Below are positions 58,280 to 64,000 of a DNA stretch of 64,000 nt, piece after piece. The notes under the pieces are model-generated. The model saw only the letters and a program-made list of their open reading frames with translations. It did no database searches and was not told the DNA's origin. Position 1 is the stretch's first letter, and each line of letters opens with the position of its first letter. Position numbers and translations under genes: made by a program. This DNA is from Macrostomum hystrix. Lineage: Eukaryota; Animalia; Platyhelminthes. Location of the stretch: contig CATNEN010000034.1 of assembly GCA_950097015.1 (NCBI GenBank), forward strand, positions 4,960,001 to 5,024,000. Direction: 5' to 3'.

Positions 58280-59823
58280 ATTCTTGACCGGAAAGTACAT
58301 TCTTGACTGGAAAGTAAATTCTTGACTGGAAAGTACATTCGTGACCGGAAAGTATATTCTTGACTGGAAAGTACATTCTTGACTGGAAAGACTAAACGAA
58401 TGAGGACAGGCTGGATGAAGACAGACTGAATGAAGACAGACTGGATGAAGACAGACTGAATGAAGACAGACTGAATGAAGACAGACTGAATAAATGAAGA
58501 CAGGCTGACTAAATGAAGACATACTGAATGAAGACAGACTTAATGAAGACACGCTGAATGAATGAAGACAGACTGAATGAAGACATACTGAATGAAGACA
58601 GACTAAATGAAGACAGACTGAATGAAGACACGCTGAATGAAGACATACTGAATGAAGACAGACCGAATGAAGACAGACTGAATGAAGACAGACTGAATGA
58701 AGACAGACTGAATGAAGACAGACTGAATGAAGACATACTGAATGAAGACAGACTGAATGAAGACAGACTAAATGAAGACATACTGAATGAAGACAGACTG
58801 AATGAAGACAGACTAAATGAAGACAGACTGAATGAACACAGACTGAATGAATACAGACTGAATGAACACAGACTGAATGAATACAGACTGAATGAACACA
58901 GACTGAATGAAGACAGACTGAATGAAGACAGACTAAATGAAGACAGACTGAATGAAGACAGACTGAATGAATACAGACTGAATGAACACAGACTGAATGA
59001 ACACAGACTGAATGAACACAGACTGAATGAATACAGACTGAATGAACACAGACTGAATGAACACAGACTGAATGAACACAGACTGAATGAACACAGACTG
59101 AATGAAGACAGACTGAATGAACACAGACTGAATGAACACAGACTGAATGAACACAGACTGAATGAACACAGACTGAATGAATACAGACTGAATGAACACA
59201 GACTGAATGAAGACAGACTGAATGAACACAGACTGAATGAATACAGACTGAATGAACACAGACTGAATGAATACAGACTGAATGAACACAGACTGAATGA
59301 ATACAGACTGAATGAACACAGACTGAATGAACACAGACTGAATGAATACAGACTGAATGAACACAGACTGAATGAATACAGACTGAATGAACACAGACTG
59401 AATGAACACAGACTGAATGAACACAGACTGAATGAACACAGACTGAATGAACACAGACTGAATGAAGACAGACTGAATGAACACAGACTGAATGAATACA
59501 GACTGAATGAACAAAGACTGAATGAATACAGACTGAATGAACACAGACTGAATGAACACAGACTGAATGAATACAGACTGAATGAACACAGACTGAATGA
59601 ACACAGACTGAATGAACACAGACTGAATGAACACAGACTGAATGAATACAGACTGAATGAACACAGACTGAATGAACACAGACTGAATGAACACAGACTG
59701 AATGAATACAGACTGAATGAACACAGACTGAATGAACACAGACTGAATGAACACAGACTGAATGAACACAGACTGAATGAACACAGACTGAATGAATACA
59801 GACTGAATGAACACAGACTGAAT
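58280..59823. repeat. Duplicate of the 19-bp + 15-bp arrays, 210 bp (14 units) shorter than copy 1
   Basis: The duplication offset changes from 9569 to 9359 across the array. Confidence 0.93.
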
Positions 59824-59950
59824 AGTCCGAGTCATGTTAGTGCTTTCCCTCCAAGTTCTATTATTTCAATGCGATTCGAAATTGACAACGCGTATTCCTT
59901 CTGTGTTTGCGAGGTCCGCCAAGACTGCTAAAAACAGGATTTCTCTAGCC

Positions 59951-60048
59951 ATGCAAACGTGGAAGCAGTTCATTCGACCAGGTTCACATGACCTTCGTTG
60001 GACTGCTGTGTGGAGGCATTGTGACATTTTGTTTACCTGCACGGGAAG
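59951..60048 (+). pseudogene. Orphan duplicate of gene X exon 1
   Basis: Matches 50592-50689. No same-strand exon 2 follows in the window; the adjacent unique DNA is the inverted 3' flank. Confidence 0.6.
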
Positions 60049-60153
60049 GTAGGAGTTTTGACTATCAGGCAGAATGAATCGAAAATTAAATGTCAGAAAC
60101 GTTTTATGAGCTAAAAATCCTGTCCAGAAAAAACTTCGTACAGCACTATCAAG

Positions 60154-63100
60154 AGTCTATCACGAATCTACGAAAATCTAAGAGGAAACTATCAAGAATC
60201 TAGGAGAATCTACGAGAAAACAATCAAGAATCTACGAGAATCTACGAGGAGACAATCAAGAGTCAATCACGAATCTACGAGAATCTAAGAGGAAACTATC
60301 AAGAATCCACGAGAATCTACGAGGAAACTATCTAGAATCTACGAGGAAACTATCTAGAATCTACAAGGAAACTATCAAGAATCTACGAGGAAACTATCAA
60401 GAATCTACGAGGAAACTATCAAGAATCTATGAGAATCTACGAGGAAACTATCAAGAAAATTACGAGGAAACTATCAAGAATCTACATGGAAACTATCAAG
60501 AATCTACGAGAATCTACATGGAAACTATCAAGAATCTACGAGAATCTACATGGAAACTATCAAGAATCTACGAGAATCTACATGGAAACTATCAAGAATC
60601 TACGAGAATCTACATGGAAACTATCAAGAATCTACGAGAATCTACATGGAAACTATCAAGAATCTACGAGAATCTACGAGGAAACTATCAAGAATCTACG
60701 AGAATCTACATGGAAACTATCAAGAATCTATGAGGAAACTATCAAGAATCTATGAGAATCTACGAGGAAACTATCAAGAATCTACGAGGAAACTATCAAG
60801 AATCTACATGGAAACTATCAAGAATCTACGAGAATCTACATGGAAACTATCAAGAATCTACGAGAATCTACATGGAAACTATCAAGAATCTACGAGAATC
60901 TACATGGAAACTATCAAGAATCTATGAGGAAACTATCAAGAATCTATGAGAATCTACGAGGAAACTATCAAGAATCTACGAGGAAACTATCAAGAATCTA
61001 CATGGAAACTATCAAGAATCTACGAGAATCTACATGGAAACTATCAAGAATCTACGAGAATCTACATGGAAACTATCAAGAATCTACGAGAATCTACATG
61101 GAAACTATCAAGAATCTACGAGAATCTACGAGGAAACTATCAAGAATCTACGAGAATCTACATGGAAACTATCAAGAATCTATGAGGAAACTATCAAGAA
61201 TCTATGAGAATCTACGAGGAAACTATCAAGAATCTACGAGGAAACTATCAAGAATCTACATGGAAACTATCAAGAATCTACGAGAATCTACATGGAAACT
61301 ATCAAGAATCTACGAGAATCTACATGGAAACTATCAAGAATCTACGAGAATCTACATGGAAACTATCAAGAATCTATGAGGAAACTATCAAGAATCTATG
61401 AGAATCTACGAGGAAACTATCAAGAATCTACGAGGAAACTATCAAGAATCTACATGGAAACTATCAAGAATCTACGAGAATCTACATGGAAACTATCAAG
61501 AATCTACGAGAATCTACATGGAAACTATCAAGAATCTACGAGAATCTACATGGAAACTATCAAGAATCTACGAGAATCTACATGGAAACTATCAAGAATC
61601 TACGAGAATCTACATGGAAACTATCAAGAATCTACGAGAATCTACATGGAAACTATCAAGAATCTACGAGAATCTACATGGAAACTATCAAGAATCTACG
61701 AGAATCTACATGGAAACTATCAAGAATCTACGAGAATCTACACGGAAACTATCAAGAATCTATGAGGAAACTATCAAGAATCTATGAGAATCTACGAGGA
61801 AACTATCAAGAATCTACGAGGAAACTATCAAGAATCTACATGGAAACTATCAAGAATCTACGAGAATCTACATGGAAACTATCAAGAATCTACGAGAATC
61901 TACATGGAAACTATCAAGAATCTACGAGAATCTACATGGAAACTATCAAGAATCTACGAGAATCTACATGGAAACTATCAAGAATCTACGAGAATCTACA
62001 TGGAAACTATCAAGAATCTATGAGGAAACTATCTAGAATCTACGAGGAAACTATCAAGAATCTACGAGGAAACTATCAAGAATCTACATGGAAACTATCA
62101 AGAATCTACGAGAATCTACATGGAAACTATCAAGAATCTACGAGAATCTACATGGAAACTATCAAGAATCTACGAGAATCTACATGGAAACTATCAAGAA
62201 TCTATGAGGAAACTATCAAGAATCTATGAGAATCTACGAGGAAACTATCAAGAATCTATGAGAATCTACGAGGAAACTATCAAGAATCTATGAGAATCTA
62301 CGAGGAAACTATCAAGAATCTATGAGAATCTGCGAGGAAACTATCAAGAATCTATGAGAATCTACGAGGAAACTATCAAGAATCTATGAGAATCTACGAG
62401 GAAACTATCAAGAATCTACGAGAATCTACATGGAAACTATCAAGAATCTACGAGAATCTACATGGAAACTATCAAGAATCTATGAGGAAACTATCAAGAA
62501 TCTATGAGAATCTACGAGGAAACTATCAAGAATCTACGAGGAAACTATCAAGAATCTACATGGAAACTATCAAGAATCTACGAGAATCTACATGGAAACT
62601 ATCAAGAATCTACGAGAATCTACATGGAAACTATCAAGAATCTACGAGAATCTACATGGAAACTATCAAGAATCTACGAGAATCTACGAGGAAACTATCA
62701 AGAATCTACGAGAATCTACATGGAAACTATCAAGAATCTATGAGGAAACTATCAAGAATCTATGAGAATCTACGAGGAAACTATCAAGAATCTACGAGGA
62801 AACTATCAAGAATCTACATGGAAACTATCAAGAATCTACATGGAAACTATCAAGAATCTACGAGAATCTACATGGAAACTATCAAGAATCTACGAGAATC
62901 TACATGGAAACTATCAAGAATCTACGAGAATCTACATGGAAACTATCAAGAATCTATGAGGAAACTATCAAGAATCTATGAGAATCTACGAGGAAACTAT
63001 CAAGAATCTACATGGAAACTATCAAGAATCTACGAGAATCTACATGGAAACTATCAAGAATCTACGAGAATCTACATGGAAACTATCAAGAATCTACGAG

Positions 63101-63806
63101 AATCTACATGGAAACTATCAAGAATCTACGAGAATCTACATGGAAACTATCAAGAATCTACGAGAATCTACATGGAAACTATCAAGAATCTACGAGAATC
63201 TACATGGAAACTATCAAGAATCTACGAGAATCTACATGGAAACTATCAAGAATCTACGAGAATCTACATGGAAACTATCAAGAATCTACGAGAATCTACA
63301 CGGAAACTATCAAGAATCTATGAGGAAACTATCAAGAATCTATGAGAATCTACGAGGAAACTATCAAGAATCTACGAGGAAACTATCAAGAATCTACATG
63401 GAAACTATCAAGAATCTACGAGAATCTACATGGAAACTATCAAGAATCTACGAGAATCTACATGGAAACTATCAAGAATCTACGAGAATCTACATGGAAA
63501 CTATCAAGAATCTACGAGAATCTACATGGAAACTATCAAGAATCTACGAGAATCTACATGGAAACTATCAAGAATCTATGAGGAAACTATCAAGAATCTA
63601 TGAGAATCTACGAGGAAACTATCAAGAATCTATGAGAATCTACGAGGAAACTATCGAGAATCTATGAGAATCTACGAGGAAACTATTAAGAATCTATGAG
63701 AATCTACGAGGAAACTATCAAGAATCTATGAGAATCTACGAGGAAACTATCAAGAATCTATGATAATCTACGAGGAAACTATCAAGAATCTATGAGAATC
63801 TACGAG
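60154..63806 (+). repeat. 22/32-bp satellite, variant set S2 (CATGGAAACTATC-rich)
   Basis: Tandem periodicity; accounts for all METIKNLRES ORFs. Confidence 0.95.
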
Positions 63807-64000
63807 AAGGCACTTTTTGACGCGGTATGGAATAGCAATCACAAAAGGATCCGATTTTCAAAGTTTATAGTACGAAAAAGTTTCTCGCGTCGGGTTTTTT
63901 TGTTTTCTAATTAAAGTTAATTCTAACGCTCTTTGGAACAAATATAGCGCCGAATGTTTAGACGTTAAAACAGAAATAAAATTGCCAAGCACGCTAAAAA
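63806..64000 (-). repeat. Inverted copy of 53251-53445 (3' flank of gene X), continuing beyond the window
   Basis: Reverse complement match; coordinates sum to 117251 at both ends. Confidence 0.95.

Larger units (their letters stand above)
56666..60405 (+). repeat. Direct segmental duplicate of ~47097-51046
   Basis: Unique sequence appears identical at offset +9569 before the 15-bp array and +9359 after it; translated ORFs from the unique parts match in the track. Confidence 0.95.

Noticed and set aside
53584-63667. Many METIKNLRES... ORFs
   Set aside because: Frame-shifting translations of the 22/32-bp satellite.

Overview
This is eukaryotic (animal) genomic DNA. The innexin N-terminus and genome texture suggest a free-living flatworm (Macrostomum-like); this is an inference. 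AT-rich intergenic DNA and GC-rich exons alternate with about 25 distinct mini/microsatellite arrays, many of them filling introns. All splice models below were built by hand from GT/AG sites and phase consistency. Genes on +: BRCC36-like JAMM deubiquitinase, intronless TspanC8 tetraspanin, an orphan ORF, LRRC23 (7 exons), an ankyrin-repeat gene, an orphan gene with a SUMO-like domain, BBIP1, and an orphan 3-exon gene (gene X). Genes on -: a DDAH homologue lacking its catalytic Cys/His, a divergent Rab-like GTPase, and a 3-exon innexin. Mobile DNA: a hAT MITE (8-bp TSD), a MULE-like MITE (9-bp TSD), and a tRNA-derived SINE head whose B-box is tandemly amplified elsewhere. The last 17 kb is a complex duplication/inversion with all junctions inside satellites. 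It produces a second innexin lacking exon 3 and an inverted copy of the segment carrying the 3' exons of gene X. Highlights are (1) BRCC36 has no genomic start codon and is a candidate for initiation from a spliced-leader AUG, (2) the satellite-bounded rearrangement, (3) the DDAH pseudoenzyme, (4) the SUMO-like orphan, and (5) a shared ~150-bp element 3' of two unrelated genes. The long repeat-derived ORFs in the track are artefacts. There is no CRISPR array or prokaryotic system.
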